A DNA stretch of 64,000 bases from assembly GCA_951406725.2 (NCBI GenBank), contig OX597843.1, positions 13,144,001 to 13,208,000 of the forward strand. The letters run 5' to 3'. The translations under genes were made by a program, and so were the position numbers. Shown piece after piece: positions 27,157-42,817 of this stretch. Position 1 is the stretch's first letter. Each line of letters begins with the position of its first letter. This stretch comes from Octopus vulgaris (taxonomy: Eukaryota). The notes below the pieces were generated by a model. That model made no database searches, had not been told where the DNA came from, and saw nothing but the letters and a program-made list of their open reading frames with translations.

Positions 27157-27323
27157 AAGACAATCAAAATATATATATTGGCGTTAGGAAAGGCATCCAG
27201 CTGTAGAAACACTGCCAGATCTGACTGGGCCTGGTGCAGCCTTCTGGCTTCCCAGACCCCAGTTGAACCGTCCAACCCATGCTAGCATGGAAAGCAGATG
27301 TTAAACAATGATGATGATGATGA

Positions 27324-27353
<30 letters not shown>

Positions 27354-27356
<3 letters not shown>

Positions 27357-27525
27357 CGCAGGAGTGGCTGTGTGGTAAGTAGCTTGCTAACCAACCACAT
27401 GGTTCTGGGTTCAGTCCCACTGCGTGGCATCTTGGGCAAGTGTCTTCTGCTATAGCCCCGGGCCAACCAATGCCTTGTGAGTGGATTTGGTAGATGGAAA
27501 CTGAAAGAAGCCTGTCGTATATATG

Positions 27526-27586
<61 letters not shown>

Positions 27587-27800
27587 TTGTGTGTCTGTGT
27601 TTGTCCCCCTGGCATTGCTTGACAACCGATGCTGGGGTGTTTACGTCCCCGTCACTTAGCGGTTCGGCAAAAGAGACCGATAGAATAAGTACTGGGCTTA
27701 CAAAGAATAAGTCCCGGGGTTGATTTGATCGACTAAAGGCGGTGCTCCAGCATGGCCGCAGTCAAATGACTGAAACAAGTAAAAGAGTAAAAGAGTAAAG
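27354..27800 (+). mobile_element. Full SINE family A (tRNA-like head, internal (TA)n/(TG)n, tail)
   Basis: A box TGGCTGTGTGG, B box GGTTCAGTCCC, (GTAAAAGA)n end. Confidence 0.88.
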
Positions 27801-28284
27801 ATATATATATATATATATATGTATAACTATATATATGTATAACTATATATATGTATAACTATATATATGTATAACTATATATACTATATACTAGCTGAGT
27901 ATCCCGTCGTTGTTGGGTAACTTTCACAATACTATGCCTTGGTATATCCACATAAGCTGAATTTTCTCTTTTCTTATGAGGATTTTTCAAATTTTTTTGT
28001 TCATCACACCCTTGCAAATGATGGGGGAGGGAAGCTTCTTATGATAAAAACATTTTCAAAACTTCTGGACTGAGCTTGCCCAATTTTTCTTTTTTATACA
28101 CACTACACAATTAAGATCAATAAGAAATACCTTTACGGTAAAAAAAAAAAAAATTAATTTATGAATTTCAAACCCCACTTCCCCACTCAATACCAATTTG
28201 GGCCAATACTTTTTTTTTTTTTTGCACTGTGCACTTAAAACGATGGGAGAAGCCTTAAAGATTAAAAAAGAAAAATTAAGGAAT

Positions 28285-28457
28285 GGAGTGGCTGTGTGGT
28301 AAGTAGCTTGCTAACCAACCACATTGTCCCGGGTTCAGTCCCACTGCATGGTATCTTGGGCAAGTGTCTTCTGCTATAGCCCCGGGCCAACCAATGCCTT
28401 GTGAGTGGATTTGGTAGACGGAAACTGAAAGAAGCCTGTCGTATATATGTATAAATA

Positions 28458-28495
<38 letters not shown>

Positions 28496-28714
28496 GTGTG
28501 TATGTGTTTGTGTGTCTGTGTTTGTCCCCCTAGCATTGCTTGACAACCGATGCAGGTGTGTTTATGTCCCCGTCACTTAGCGGTTCGGCAAAAAGAGGCC
28601 GATAGAATAAGTACTGGGCTTACAAAAGAATAAGTCCCGGGGTCGATTTGCTCGACTAAAAGGCGGTGCTCCAGCATGGCCGCAGTCAAATGACTGAAAC
28701 AAGTAAAAGAGTAA
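28285..28714 (+). mobile_element. SINE family A
   Basis: Same structure as 27354-27800. Confidence 0.85.
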
Positions 28715-29079
28715 ATCATTCATTACCATTGCAATCCTGTCTTCCTTTGTTTTCAAACAGAAAAAAATGAAACAGAATTTAAATACAATAGTGAAATTAT
28801 AAAAAGAAATTTAATTAACACATTTTATGGAGTGATGCTGTGGCGGTCCATTGCTGGGATTTAAGCAACTACAACAGAAAAAAATTGTTATGCAAGTCTT
28901 TAACCCCCACCATGCGTCAAGGGAGTCATAAATTGTGTTTTACATACTCCGTTACCCTAAAGGAATTCGTTGTGGACATACATACACACAGACAAACACA
29001 TACATGCTCAGTGTGAGTGATATAGTTTTGTAGAGGGTAGGAAAGTTTACTATGAGAAAATGAAAGGGATAAACAAATA

Positions 29080-29812
29080 GAAAGAAGGAGAGAAGGGAGA
29101 GGGGGAGAGAAGGGAGAGAGAGGAGGGGAGAGAAGAGGGGGGAGGGGGGAGAAGGGAGGGGGGAAGGGATAGGGGGAGATGAGGGAGAGAGAGGAGGGGA
29201 GAGAAGAGAGAGGGGGAGAGAAGAGAGAGGGGGAGAGAAGATAGAAGCGAAAAGAGAGAGAGAAGAAAGGGATGGGAGGGGAGAGAAAAGAGAGAGAAGG
29301 GAGAGAGAGAGAAGAAAGGGAGGGAGGGGAGAGAAAAGAGAGAGAAGGAGAGTGAGAGAGAGAAAATGAGAGAGAGAAAGAAGAGAGAGAGGGAGAGAGA
29401 GACAAGAGAGAAGAGAAAGAGAAATATAGAGAGAAGAAATAGAGAAAAGAGAGAAGGGAGAGAGAGAGAGAGAGAGAGAGAAGAGAAAAATGAGAAGGAG
29501 AGAAAGAGAAGTGAGAGAGAAAAGAGAGAGGGGAGATAGAGAGAAGAGAGAGAGAGAAAAGAGAGAAGGGAGAGATAGAGACAGAGAAGAGAGAGAGGAG
29601 AGGGAAGAGAGAGATACAGAGAAGAGAGACAGAGAGAGAAGAGAGAGAGAGAGAAAAGAGAGAAGGGATAGATAGAGACAGAGAAGAGAGAGAGAGGAGA
29701 GGGAAGAGAGAGATACAGAGAAGAGAGACAGAGAGAGAAGAGAGAGAGAGAAAAGAGAAGAGAGAAGAGGTAGAGGAAAGAAGAAAGAGAGAGAGAGAGA
29801 GAGAGAGAAGAG
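29080..29812. repeat. GA-rich polypurine tract
   Basis: Directly visible. Confidence 0.95.
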
Positions 29813-30074
29813 ATCTTTACTGTTACTGTCAGCGATTTTGAAATTTTTAAATTAGGTAAAACTTTTCAAATTTGGTAGATTGATGTACACCAGCTCGAAA
29901 ACGTATTACACTGTGAGACACAGGACATGCAGTGAAGGGTTTCATAGGGGTTTTGGAATTAAGGGGCAACTTCTGGTTGCTGTGAAACCTTTTTACAAAT
30001 GCTCAGCAGTTTGTGTTTCATTAAACAGTGTTATGTCAAAATCTCTCCGCAGGGTTCTGCATTGTCACCTTGCC

Positions 30075-31432
30075 TTTACTCTTTTACTTGTTTCAGTCAT
30101 TTGACTGTGGCCATGCTGGAGCACCGCCTTTAGTCGAGCAAATCGACCCCGGGACTTATTCTTTGTAAGCCCAGTACTTATTCTATCGGTCTCTTTTACC
30201 AAACCACTAAGTTACGGGGACATAAACACACCAGCATCGGTTGTCAAGCGATGCTGGGGGGACAAACACAAACACACACACGCATATATATATATGTATA
30301 TACACATATACAACGGGCTTCTTTCAGTTTCCGTCTACCAAATCCACTTATGAGGCTTTGGTCAGCCTAAGGCTATAGTAGGAGACACTTGCCCAAGGTG
30401 CCACGCAGTGGGACTGAACCCGGAACCATGTGGTTGGTAATCAAGCTACTTACCACACAGCCACTCCTGCACCTATACATATATATACATATACATACAT
30501 ACGACGGGCTTCTTCCAGTTTCCGTCTACCAAATCCACTCACAAGGCTTTGGTCGGCCCGAGGCTATAGTAGAAGACACTTGCACAAGGTGCCACGCAGT
30601 GAGACTGAACCCGGAACCATGTGGTGTGTAATCAAGCTACTTACCACACAGCCACTCCTGCACTTATACATATATATACACATATACATACATACGACGG
30701 GCTTCTTCCAGTTTCCGTCTACCAAATCCACTCACAAGGCTTTGGTCGGCCCGAGGCTATAGTAGAAGACACTTGCCCAAGGTGCCACGTAGTGGGACTG
30801 AACCCGGAACCATGTGGTTGGTAATCAAGCTACTTACCACACAGCCACTCCTGCACCTATACATATATATACACATATACATACATACGACGGGCTTCTT
30901 CCAGTTTCCGTCTACCAAATCCACTCACAAGGCTTTGGTCAGCCCGAGGCTATAGTAGAAGACACTTGCACAAGGTGCCACGTAGTGGGACTGAACCCGG
31001 AACCATGTGGTTGGTAATCAAGCTACTTACCACACAGCCACTCCTGCACCTATACATATATATACATATACATACATACGACGGGCTTCTTCCAGTTTCC
31101 GTCTACCAAATCCACTCACAAGGCTTTGGTCGGCCCGAGGCTATAGTAGAAGACACTTGCACAAGGTGCCACGTAGTGGGACTGAACCCGGAACCATGTG
31201 GTTGGTAATCAAGCTACTTACCACACAGCCACTCCTGCACCTATACATATATATACATATACATACATACGACAGGCTTCTTCCAGTTTCCGTCTACCAA
31301 ATCCACTCACAAGGCTTTGGTCGGCCCGAGGCTATAGTAGAAGACACTTGCACAAGGTGCCACGCAGTGGGACTGAACCCGGAACCATGTGGTTGGTAAT
31401 CAAGCTACTTACCTCACAGCCACTCCTACACC
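30075..31432 (-). mobile_element. SINE family A tail with six tandem 191-193-bp heads
   Basis: Unit CGGGCTTCTTCCAGTTTCCGTCTACC..CAGCCACTCCTGCACC is repeated. Confidence 0.88.
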
Positions 31433-32449
31433 TATATAATGTTTGATGTATGGGTGTGAACAGCCATGCAACATGGCAACAAAATATGAGCTGTGACAGC
31501 TGAGGACATGCATAGGCTTGAAAGAAATGAAGCTAGTATGATCCACTGGACGTGTAATGTCAGTGCGTAAGCACCCCGGGAGAAAAGTTGGATTTAAGAA
31601 GCATCAGATGTGGTGTGCAAGAGAGATGACTGCGCTGCTGTGGTCATGTGTTGTGTATGGATGAGGACAGCTGTGTGAAGAAGTGCCACACCCTAACAGT
31701 GGAGGGAACCTGTGGAAGAGGTAGATCCAGGAAGACCTGGGATGAGATGGTGCAGTCAGAACCTTCAAATGCTGGATCTAACAGAGGCAAGGACAAGAGA
31801 CTAAGACCTTTGGAGATATGCTGTGATTGAGAAGACCTGGCATGGGTTGGACAGTTTGACTGTGGATGGGAGACCCAGATTGCTGCACCAGGCTCCAATT
31901 TGACCTGGCAGTGTTTCTACAGTTGGATGCCCTTCCTAAAGCCAACCACTCTGGGAGTGTAGTGGGTACTTTTACGTGCCACCAGCATGAGGGCCAGTCA
32001 GGCGGTACTGGCAACGACCACGCTCAAAAGTTGTTACATGCTACTTGCATGGGAGCCAATCCAGCGGCACTGGCAACGACTGTGGGATGACGTCAGCAGC
32101 TGGACGTCAGCAGCTGGGTGCGTTGACCGGAAGCTGGGGCAACTGGAAGGGGCAGCTGTCAGGCGTGCGCAGGCAGCGGTGAATTGGGCCTTTCCAATGT
32201 GGGTCGTCCAGGTGACAAGACGTGTGAGGACGTTGCTAAGGGTTTGGGTGAGCAGCTGCTATCTTTAGTGTTCAGGTCGAGGCTGTGTCGAAGGATTAGT
32301 TACTACCGAAGGGTTTCCATCACGAGGAAGAGAAGGTAGGTGCCATTATATTCAAATCGCGCACACACCACAACGACCTTGCTCGAATGGCGCTTTTTAC
32401 ATGCCACTGCCAAGATGCTTCTTACGTGCCACCAGCATGGTGCTTTTTA

Positions 32450-32677
32450 ATGATGACGTCATATCATCTGTTGATGACTTTTTTCAGCAATAGGATAAAA
32501 GCTTCTTCACCAAAGAGATGCAAATGAGATGCAAATGAGATGCAAGCAGAGCAACACTGATAGAAGAAGTGTGTGGACTGCAAGGGGGGGGGGTCCATGC
32601 TGGAAAATGAACCTCATTTGGTCACATTCCATGAGAGTATCCTGATCAACATACACACTTTCCAGCCAACCCTCATA
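32450..32677 (+). mobile_element. mariner 3' remnant
   Basis: Remnant DKSFFTK..KKCVDCKG..EK* and TIR-like ACTTTCCAGCCAACCCTCA|TA. Confidence 0.55.
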
Positions 32678-32789
32678 AGTTTTTCAGGGCCACATTTGTG
32701 AGTGACGGAGGGCAGGATGCTGAAGAGGATGCTTTATTTGCATGCGCTAGAACAGTATTGCACCAGCTCAATCACATGGTGTTTGAAAA

Positions 32790-33510
32790 AAAGACAGGAT
32801 GGTCTCAGCTGGAATGTCTTTCATCATAGGTCTGTAGATTAAGGCTGACTTGGGACTAAACACCAAGAAAGGACACATTAGATAATGTAGTCCTAGATAC
32901 ACTATGCCTGAAATAAAAGTTAGGACAGTCACAGCCAGAACATCATTAATCATAAGTCTGCTGGACCAGGACTGACCAGGGGCTAAACAACAAGGAAGGA
33001 CACATTAGATAATGTAGTCCTAGATACACTATGCCTGAATAAAGGACAGGATGATCACAGCTGGAACGTCTCTGATCATAGGTCTGTTGGATCAGAACTG
33101 ACCTGGGGTTAAATGACAACAGCAAAAAAGGACATGTTAGATCACGTAATCCTAGATACACTATGCCAGAATAAAAGACAGGATGGTCACAGCTGGAACA
33201 GATTTGATCATAGGTCTGCTGCATCAGGACTGACCTGGGGCTAAACAACAAGGAAGGACACATTAGATACTGTAGTCCTAGATACACTATGCCTGAATAA
33301 AAGACAGGATTGTCATACCTGGGACGTCTTTGATCATAGGTCTGCCACATCAGGACTGACCTGTGGCTAAACAACAATGAGGAAGGACACATTAGATAGT
33401 GTAGTCCCAGATACACTATGCCTGAATCAAAAACAGGATGGCCACAGCTGGAATGTCTTTGATCATGGGTCTGCTGGACCAGGTCTGACCTAGGGTTAAA
33501 CAATAATCTT
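32790..33510. repeat. Minisatellite, about 120-bp unit x 6
   Basis: Recurring GGACACATTAGATAATGTAGTCCTAGATACACTATGCCTGAATA. Confidence 0.85.
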
Positions 33511-33984
33511 AGCAACAACAACAACACTGACACCACTCAACGTGTGACTCACACCACCCCTCTCAACACGGAGGGGGAGACTGCCATTCTGCACCACTTC
33601 CCCCCTACTTTCTCCATCCCCACCTTTTCCACTCTCCCCATAATGCCCCTCCCCTCAACATACAACATATACTGATAACACCCCTTCCTCCCCCCCATCA
33701 TTTAACACTCCATCTGACTCACCCTCAATCACTCCAAACCACTCACACACACACACACACACACACACAAACATTCACATACACATATATGCATACACTC
33801 ACACACACGCATGCATATGCATACATAAATACATACAAACATGCATGCATACATACATACACACACATGAACATGTATACATACATGAACATGTATACAT
33901 ACATGCATGCATATATGCACACACATAAAAACATACATGCATACATGCATAGGTACGCACATAAATATACACACACAAACACTA

Positions 33985-34019
<35 letters not shown>

Positions 34020-34025
34020 TATATA

Positions 34026-34431
34026 TACTCTTTTACTTGTTTCAGTCATTTGACTGCGGCCATGCTGGAGCACCGCCTTTAATCGAGCAACTCGACCCCA
34101 GGACTTATTCTTTGTAAGTCTAGTACTTATTCTATCGGTCTCTTTTGCCGAACCGCTAAGTTACGGGGACATAAACACACCAGCATCGGTTGTCAAGCAA
34201 TGCTAGGGGGACAAACACAGACACACAAACATACACACGCATATATATATATATATACACATATATACGACGGGCTTCTTTCAGTTTCCGTCTACCAAAT
34301 CCACTCACAAGGCATTGGTCGGCCCGGGGCTATAGTAGAAGACACTTGCCCAAGGTGCCACGCAGTGGGACTGAACCCGGAACCATGTGGTTGGTAAACA
34401 AGCTACTTACCACACAGCCACTCCTGCGCCT
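34026..34431 (-). mobile_element. SINE family A
   Basis: Full copy, reverse orientation. Confidence 0.87.
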
Positions 34432-34712
34432 ATATAAATATAAATATAACTATATATACACACATATATATATATATATATATATACACATACATACATG
34501 CACATATATATATATATATACTTACACGCGCACACATATATATGCATGCACTCACACACACATATATACGCACACGCACATATATACATATGCATGTGCA
34601 CATACACATACACATATGCATACATTCATACGGACATACATATACATACATGGCACACACAAACACTGACACAAACCTTCAAATATACATAAACTCACAC
34701 TCAAACATACAT

Positions 34713-35710
34713 ATGGTGGTGGTGGTGGTGGTGGTGGTGGTGGTGGTGGTGGTGGTCGTGGTGGTAGTGGTGAAGGTGGTGGTCGTGGTGGTAGTGGTGA
34801 AGGTGGTGGTGGTAGTGGTGAAGGTGGTGGTGGTGGTGGTGGCAGTGGTGGTGGTGGTGGTGCAGGTGGTGGTAGTGGTGAAGGTAGTGGTCGTGGTGGT
34901 GGTGGTGGTGGTGGTGGTGGTGGTGGTGGTGGTGGTGGTGGTGGTGGCAGTGGTGGTGGTGGTGGTGCAGGTGGTGGTGGTGGTGGTGCAGGTGGTGGTG
35001 GTGGTTGTAGTGGTGGTGGTGGTTGTGGTGAAGGTGGTGGTGAAGGTGGTGGTGGTGGCAGTGGTAGTGGTGGTGCAGGTGGTGGTGGTGGCAGTGGTGG
35101 TGGTGAAGGTGGTGGTGGTGGTGATGGTGGTGGTGGTTTTGATGGTGGTGAAGGTGATGGTGAAGAAGGTGGTGATGATGGTAGTGATGGTGGTGGTGGT
35201 GATGGTGGTGGTGAAGGTGGTGGTGGTGGCAGTGGTGGTGGTGGTGGCAGTGGTGGTGGTGGTGCAGGTGGTGGTGGTGGTGGTAGTGGTAGTGGTGGTG
35301 GTGGCAGTGGTGGTGGTGGTGCAGGTGGTGGTGGTGGCAGTGGTGGTGGTGGTGGTGGTGGTGGTGGTGGTGGTGGTGTTGATGGTGGTGAAGGTGATGG
35401 TGAAGAAGGTGGTGATGATGGTAGTGATGGTGGTGGTGGTGAAGGTGGTAGTGGTGGTGATGGTGGTGGTGAAGGTGATGGTGGTGGTGAAGAAGGTGGT
35501 GATGAGGGTAGTGATGGTGGTGGTGAAGGATGTGGTGGTGGTGGTGAAGGTGGTAGTGGTGGTGATGGTGGTGGTGGTGGTGGTGGTGATGGTGGTGGTG
35601 GTGGTGATGGTGGTGGTGAAGGTGATGGTGAAGAAGGTGGTGATGAGGGTAGTGATGGTGGTGGTGGTGGTGGTATCAGTGTTGGCAGTGGTGATGGTAG
35701 TGGTTGTGAT
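34713..35710. repeat. (GTG)n trinucleotide tract
   Basis: Directly visible. Confidence 0.95.
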
Positions 35711-35889
35711 GAAATGATTTCTGCTCACATGCCTTCCCACGACCCCACACCATTACATCACCACCACCACCACCAACAACAACAACACAACCACAACCAC
35801 AGCCACCACAACGCCAAGCCCCACTAACACTACCTCCACTCCCTACCACCACAGCAACCATTAACTCTTTCTGTAGGTCCCTCTGATCG

Positions 35890-36141
35890 CTCACCGGGGA
35901 CAATCTTTCCTAGGACCGGAAATAAATTAATTTTCTTATATGATAACGGCTTCCGGTAACGAGAAAGATAAAAAAGCCTTTGCGTAAAAAAAGTTTTTAA
36001 AAAAAATAATACATAAAAAATAAAGAAAAGTAAAAAAAGTTATACATTTCCATAGCAACCTTGTTTTGTTCCCTACCCTGGGCCTTTTATAGTTCTATAA
36101 ATTTCTTCATGGATTTTTAATAGCAGGGTCCAATGACGTCA
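35890..36141. promoter_or_regulatory. Candidate promoter/enhancer motif cluster
   Basis: Two ETS-like CCGGAA sites, RFX X-box-like ATTTCCATAGCAAC, CCAAT overlapping CRE TGACGTCA. Confidence 0.35.
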
Positions 36142-36453
36142 TCCCTTTTTTTCCATCCTTTTATAATTTTAATGGGTTTGAGTCAGAGAAAGACATACAG
36201 CTTGTGTGACCCCTTTTTGTTTGTAGTGTGGAGAGGGATGGAAGGGTGGAGTTGCCATTAGGCCAGAGAAGTAGCCCCTAATGTTTGTAACAGAGTGGAC
36301 TGTGTTAAAGTCATCTGAGGTGGGGAGGAGCCAGCTTGTGGTGGGGTAGCAGGGATCGTGTTTGCATTTGTGGTGTAAGACAGGGTGATGGGCAAAGTTT
36401 GCCATTATAAGGGCAGGTATGGTATCACCTTCAATAGGATCCTTGAAACAGTA

Positions 36454-36675
36454 TTTCTTTATTACCCACAAGGGGCTAAACATAGAGGGGACAAACAAGA
36501 ACAGACAAAGGGTTGAAGTCGATTACATCGACCCCCAGTGCGTAACTGGTACTTAATTTATCAACCCCGAAAGGATGAAAGGCAAAGTCGACCTCGGCGG
36601 AATTTGAACTCAGAACGTAACAGCAGACGAAATACCGCTAAGCATTTCACCCAGCGCGCTAACATGTCTGCCAGC
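36454..36675 (-). mobile_element. SINE family B with 14-bp target-site duplication
   Basis: TSD TCCTTGAAACAGTA at 36440-36453 and 36676-36689. Confidence 0.85.
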
Positions 36676-36984
36676 TCCTTGAAACAGTAGTTAAAATCTC
36701 TCTCAAGTCATGCTCCTTACTGTTTTGAAATAGGAAGGATACATTCCATGATGTAATTTTTCTAAATTTAATTGTTTTCCATACTTACAGTTGAAAAAGT
36801 CTCAATGTCTGAAACTGGCACTGAAATGTTTTTTATAAAATTATTTTAGCATTTTCGTTTTTCTTTCTTGACACAGATTGTCCCGTACAGCCAGCTGGAG
36901 ACAATGTCTCCTGGGGCTAAATTACAGCAACATTCGTCCTAAACCAGGACTGCCATGTTATGTTGGCAAAAATCTGTATTCCAA

Positions 36985-37572
36985 AGTACTGTACTGTATG
37001 TTTTTCTTTTCATGCCCAGGATATTAATCGTCTGGAAGCTGTTCAGCGATGTGCAACCAAAAGAATACCCTCCATCAGGCATTTGCCATATTATGAACAC
37101 CTTACTCCCCTGGGCATGGATACATTGAAACTCCAACATCTGGCAGCTGACTTGGCAGACACCCATAAAATTATCATCCATCGTACAAACAATAACTCTG
37201 AGCACCTTTTCAAACTCCACCCATCTAACACCCGTGGACATATTTACAAAGTGAGAAAACAGCACAGCTCCCATGACTTGAGGAAACATTTTTTCCCGCT
37301 GAGAGTTGCTGAAGCATGGAACAAACTGCCGGCATCAGTTGTTAGTTGTCAGAGCACTGCATCCTTCAAAACTTCCATGCTTTCTGAGATTCGCCAACAC
37401 TACACCTGATTTTCTCCCCTCCATACACACACAAGCATATATCTGACTCATACACTGTTCACTTCCCAGACATTTGTACATTACTGCATATACTTTATAC
37501 GCACTTTCTGACAAGTTGTGGTGCACCTGAGCACTGTATACAATAATTTCATTATTATTTTTTATTATTATT
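36985..37572 (+). mobile_element. CR1-group LINE 3' fragment
   Basis: LEAVQRCATKRI..TRGHIYKV..RKHFFPLRVAEAWNKLP; (ATT)n tail. Confidence 0.85.
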
Positions 37573-37654
37573 TTATATATATGGTACGGATGGTGCTTTT
37601 TTTATGTGCCACCGGCACAGGTATCATAATATCAATGGAAATAGTAGTTGTGAT

Positions 37655-38333
37655 ACTTGTGCCGGTGGCACATAAAAAGCACCATCCGAACGTGGGCGTT
37701 GCCAGCTCCGCCTCGACTGGCTCCAGTGCCGGTGGCACATAAAAAAGCACCATCTGAACGTGGCTGTTGCCAGCGCCGCCTTGGCTGGCTTCCGTGCCGG
37801 TGGCACGTCAAAAGCTCCAACCAATCGTGGCCGATGCCAGACCCCACTGGCACCTGTGCAGGTGGCACGTAAAAAGCACCCACTACGCTTGCGGAGTGGT
37901 TGGCGTTAGGAAGGGCATCCAGCTGTAGAAACTCTGCCAGATCAGACTGGAGCCTGGTGCAGCCCCTGGCTTCCCAGACCCCAGTTGAACCGTCCAACCC
38001 ATGCTAGCATGGAAAGCACCCACTATACTCATGGAGTGGTTGGCGTTAGGAAGGGCATCAGCTGTAGAAACACTGCCAGATCAGACTGGAGCCTGGTGCA
38101 GCCCCTGGCTTCCCAGACCCCAGTTGAACCGTCCAACCCACGCTAGCATGGAAAGCACCCACTATACTCATGGAGTGGTTGGCGTTAGGAAGGGCATCCA
38201 GCTGTAGAAACTCTGCCAGATCAGACTGGAGCCTGGTGCAGCAGCCCCTGGCTTCCCAGACCCCGGTTGAACTGTCCAACCCGTGCTAGCGCGGAAAACG
38301 GACGTTAAACGATGATGATGACGATGATGATGA
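37655..38333 (+). mobile_element. SINE/LINE-tail family with (GAT)n end, 3' part triplicated
   Basis: GGAGTGGTTGGCGTTAGGAAGGGCATCCAGCTGTAGAAAC x3; relatives near 3290, 25545, 27175, 46860 and 50095. Confidence 0.75.
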
Positions 38334-38655
38334 TATTTATTTTATTATAAATGCAAAACAACACCACGGAGGAATTGGCATAAGCTTAAATAATAAACCG
38401 CGACAGGTGAACCCTGATAGGTGAACTGTGATATGGCGAAGGATTACTGTACACGTGTTGCTTTAACTATATTTGTCTTGATTTCAACTTCTGATTCACC
38501 CTCATTGGGCAAAGAAACGGAAGTTCCACTTAATTCATTTGAGTGGAATGTGAGGCATCTGATGAGATGGATGTGTTCTATACCCATGAAACTTAAAGTA
38601 ATGCGGAGCTGAGTCAAAATGCTATTAAGTACACATACATATACATACATACACA

Positions 38656-39076
38656 TAGGCGCAGGAGTGGCTGTGTGGTAAGTAGCTTGTTTACCAACCA
38701 CACGGTTCCGGGTTCAGTCCACTGCGTGGCACCTTGGGCAAGTGTCTTCTACTATAGCCTCGGGCCGACCAAAGCCTTGTGAGTAGATTTGTTAGACAGA
38801 AACTGAAAAGAAGCCCGTCGTGTATATGTATATATATATATATATGCATGCGTGTGTTTGTGTGTCTGTGTTTGTCCCACTAGCATTGCTTGACAACTAA
38901 TGCTGGTGTGTTTATGTCCCCGTTACTTAGCGGTTCGGCAAAAGAGACCGATAGAATAAGTACTGGGCTTACAAAAGAATAAGTCCCGGGGTCGAGTTGC
39001 TCAATTAAAGGCAGTGCTCCAGCATGGCCGCAGTCAAATGACTGAAACAAGTAAAAGAGTAAAAGAGTAAAGAGTA
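38656..39076 (+). mobile_element. SINE family A
   Basis: Full copy. Confidence 0.85.
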
Positions 39077-39664
39077 TACATTCTATCTCTAAGTACAGTA
39101 TTTTGATGGCGTGGTGCCTTCATCAGTGATATTATTTTGTTTAAATTGGTTGGTTATAATGACGAGAGTTTCAGCCGGTCTGATCAATGGAACAGCTTGT
39201 TTGTGAAATTAACATGCAAGTGGCTGAGCACTCCACAGACATGCATACCCTTAATGTAGTTCTCAGGGAGATTCAGCGTGGACACAGAATGTGACAAGGC
39301 TGGCCCTGTTTGAATTACAGGTACAACAATCAGGGTTCCAGTTGATCCGATCAAGGGAACAGCCAGCCGCTCATGAAGTTAATGTGCAAGTGGCTGAGTA
39401 CTTCACAGACACTCATACTCTTAAAATAGTCCTCAGGGAGACTCAGAATGACACAGAGTGTGACAGGGCTGGCCCCCCTTTGAATAACAGGTACAATTAA
39501 TTTTTGCCAGCCAAGTGGACTAGAATAACATGAAATAAAGTGTCTTGCTCAAGGTCATAATACACCACCAGGAATTGAACTCACTGCTTTATGATCATGA
39601 ACTCAATACCCCTAACCACTAAGCCACATGCATTTCCTTTAGTTGAACTACAGTATTACTGTTG

Positions 39665-40885
<1,221 letters not shown>

Positions 40886-41609
40886 TCATTAAGGTAGCGA
40901 GCTGGCATAATCGTTAGCATGCCAGATTAAATTCATCCGTCTTCATGTTCTGAGTTCAAATTCCACCGGAGTTGACTTTGCCTTTTATCCTTTCAGAGTC
41001 GATAAACTAAGTACCAGTTACGCAATGGGGTCGATGTAATCGACTCATCTCCTCCCCCCAAATTTCAAGCCCTGTGCCTATAAGAGAAAGGATTATTGCT
41101 GTTGTTTGATCCTTTCGGGGGTCGATAAATTCAGTACCAGTGAAAGTCTGGGGATCGATGTCGCCTCCCCCAGATCTTCAGGCTTTGTGTCAAATTCCAC
41201 CGGGGTCGACTATGCCTTTTATCTTTCAGGGTCGGTAAACTAAGTACCAGTTATGCATTGGGGTCGATGCAATCAACTCTTCCCCTCCCCAAAATTTCAA
41301 GCCTTGTGCCTATAAGAGAAAGGATTATTGCTGTTGTTTAATCCTTTCGGGGGTCAATAAATTCAGTACCAGTGAAAGTCTGGGGGTCGATGAAATGACT
41401 GGTCCCCTCCTCCAGATCTTCAGGCTTTGTGTCTATAACAGAAAGGATTATTGTTGTTGTTTGTGTTGTAGTTCTTAGTGTAGTTACAGCAAACTGTTGA
41501 TGTTGTTACAGTTGCTGTTCTATCTGTTGTTGTTGTCATTCTTGCTGTTATTACTCTCGTTGTGGTTTTTGGCTGTTGTTGTTGTTGTTTTGATGTTGTT
41601 GGTCTTCTG

Positions 41610-42361
41610 GTTCTTCTTTCTATCCTTCTTCTTCTTCCAATTATTTTCCTTCTTCTTCTTCTTCTTCCAATTCTTCTTCTTCTTCTAACTTTTCTTCTTC
41701 TCTTCTTCTTTTTCTTCTTCTTCTTCTTCCAATTCTTCTTCTTTTTCTTCTAACTTTCCTTCTTCTTCTCTTCATCTAACTTTCCTTCTTCTTCTTCTTT
41801 TTCTTCTTCTTCCAATTCTTCTTCTTCTAACTTTCCTTCTTTTTCTTATTCTTCTTCTTTTTCTTCTAACTTTCCTTCTTTTTTTTCTTCTTCTTCTTCT
41901 AACTTTCCTTCTTTTTCTTATTCTTCTCCTTCTTCTTCTTCCAATTCTTCTCCTTCTTCTTCTAACTTTCCTTCTTTTTCTTCTTCTTCTCTTCTTCTTC
42001 TTTTTCTTCTTTTTCTTCCAATTCTTCTTCTTCTTCTTCTTCCAATTCTTCTTCTTTTTTGTCTTCTTTTCCTTCTTCATCTTCTTCCAATTCTTCTCTT
42101 TCTTCTTCTTTTTCTTCTTCTTTTTCTTCTTCTTCTTCTTCTTCTTCTTCTCCTCCTCCTCCTCCTGCAGCTATTGTTGTTGCTGCTGCTGCAGTCATTT
42201 TTATTGTGGTTTTTCTTTCTGCTGTTGTTGTCTGTTTCATCGCCACCATTATTATTATTATTATTATTATTATTATCATTATTATTATTATCATTATCAT
42301 TATTATTATTGTTATTATTACTAATATTATTATTATTATTATTATTATTATCATTATTATT

Positions 42362-42414
<53 letters not shown>

Positions 42415-42424
42415 CATTATTATT

Positions 42425-42471
<47 letters not shown>

Positions 42472-42503
42472 CATTATTATTATTATTATTATCATTATTA
42501 TTA

Positions 42504-42544
<41 letters not shown>

Positions 42545-42774
42545 TATTATTATTATCGCCACCATTATTATTATTATTATTATCATTATTATTATTATTA
42601 TCATCATTATTATTATTATTATTACTATCATTATTATTATTATTATTACTATCATTATTATCATTATTATTATTATTATTATTATTATCATTATTATTAT
42701 TATTATCATTATTATTATTATTATCATCATTATTATTATTATTATTACTATCATTATTATTATTATTATTACTA

Positions 42775-42817
<43 letters not shown>

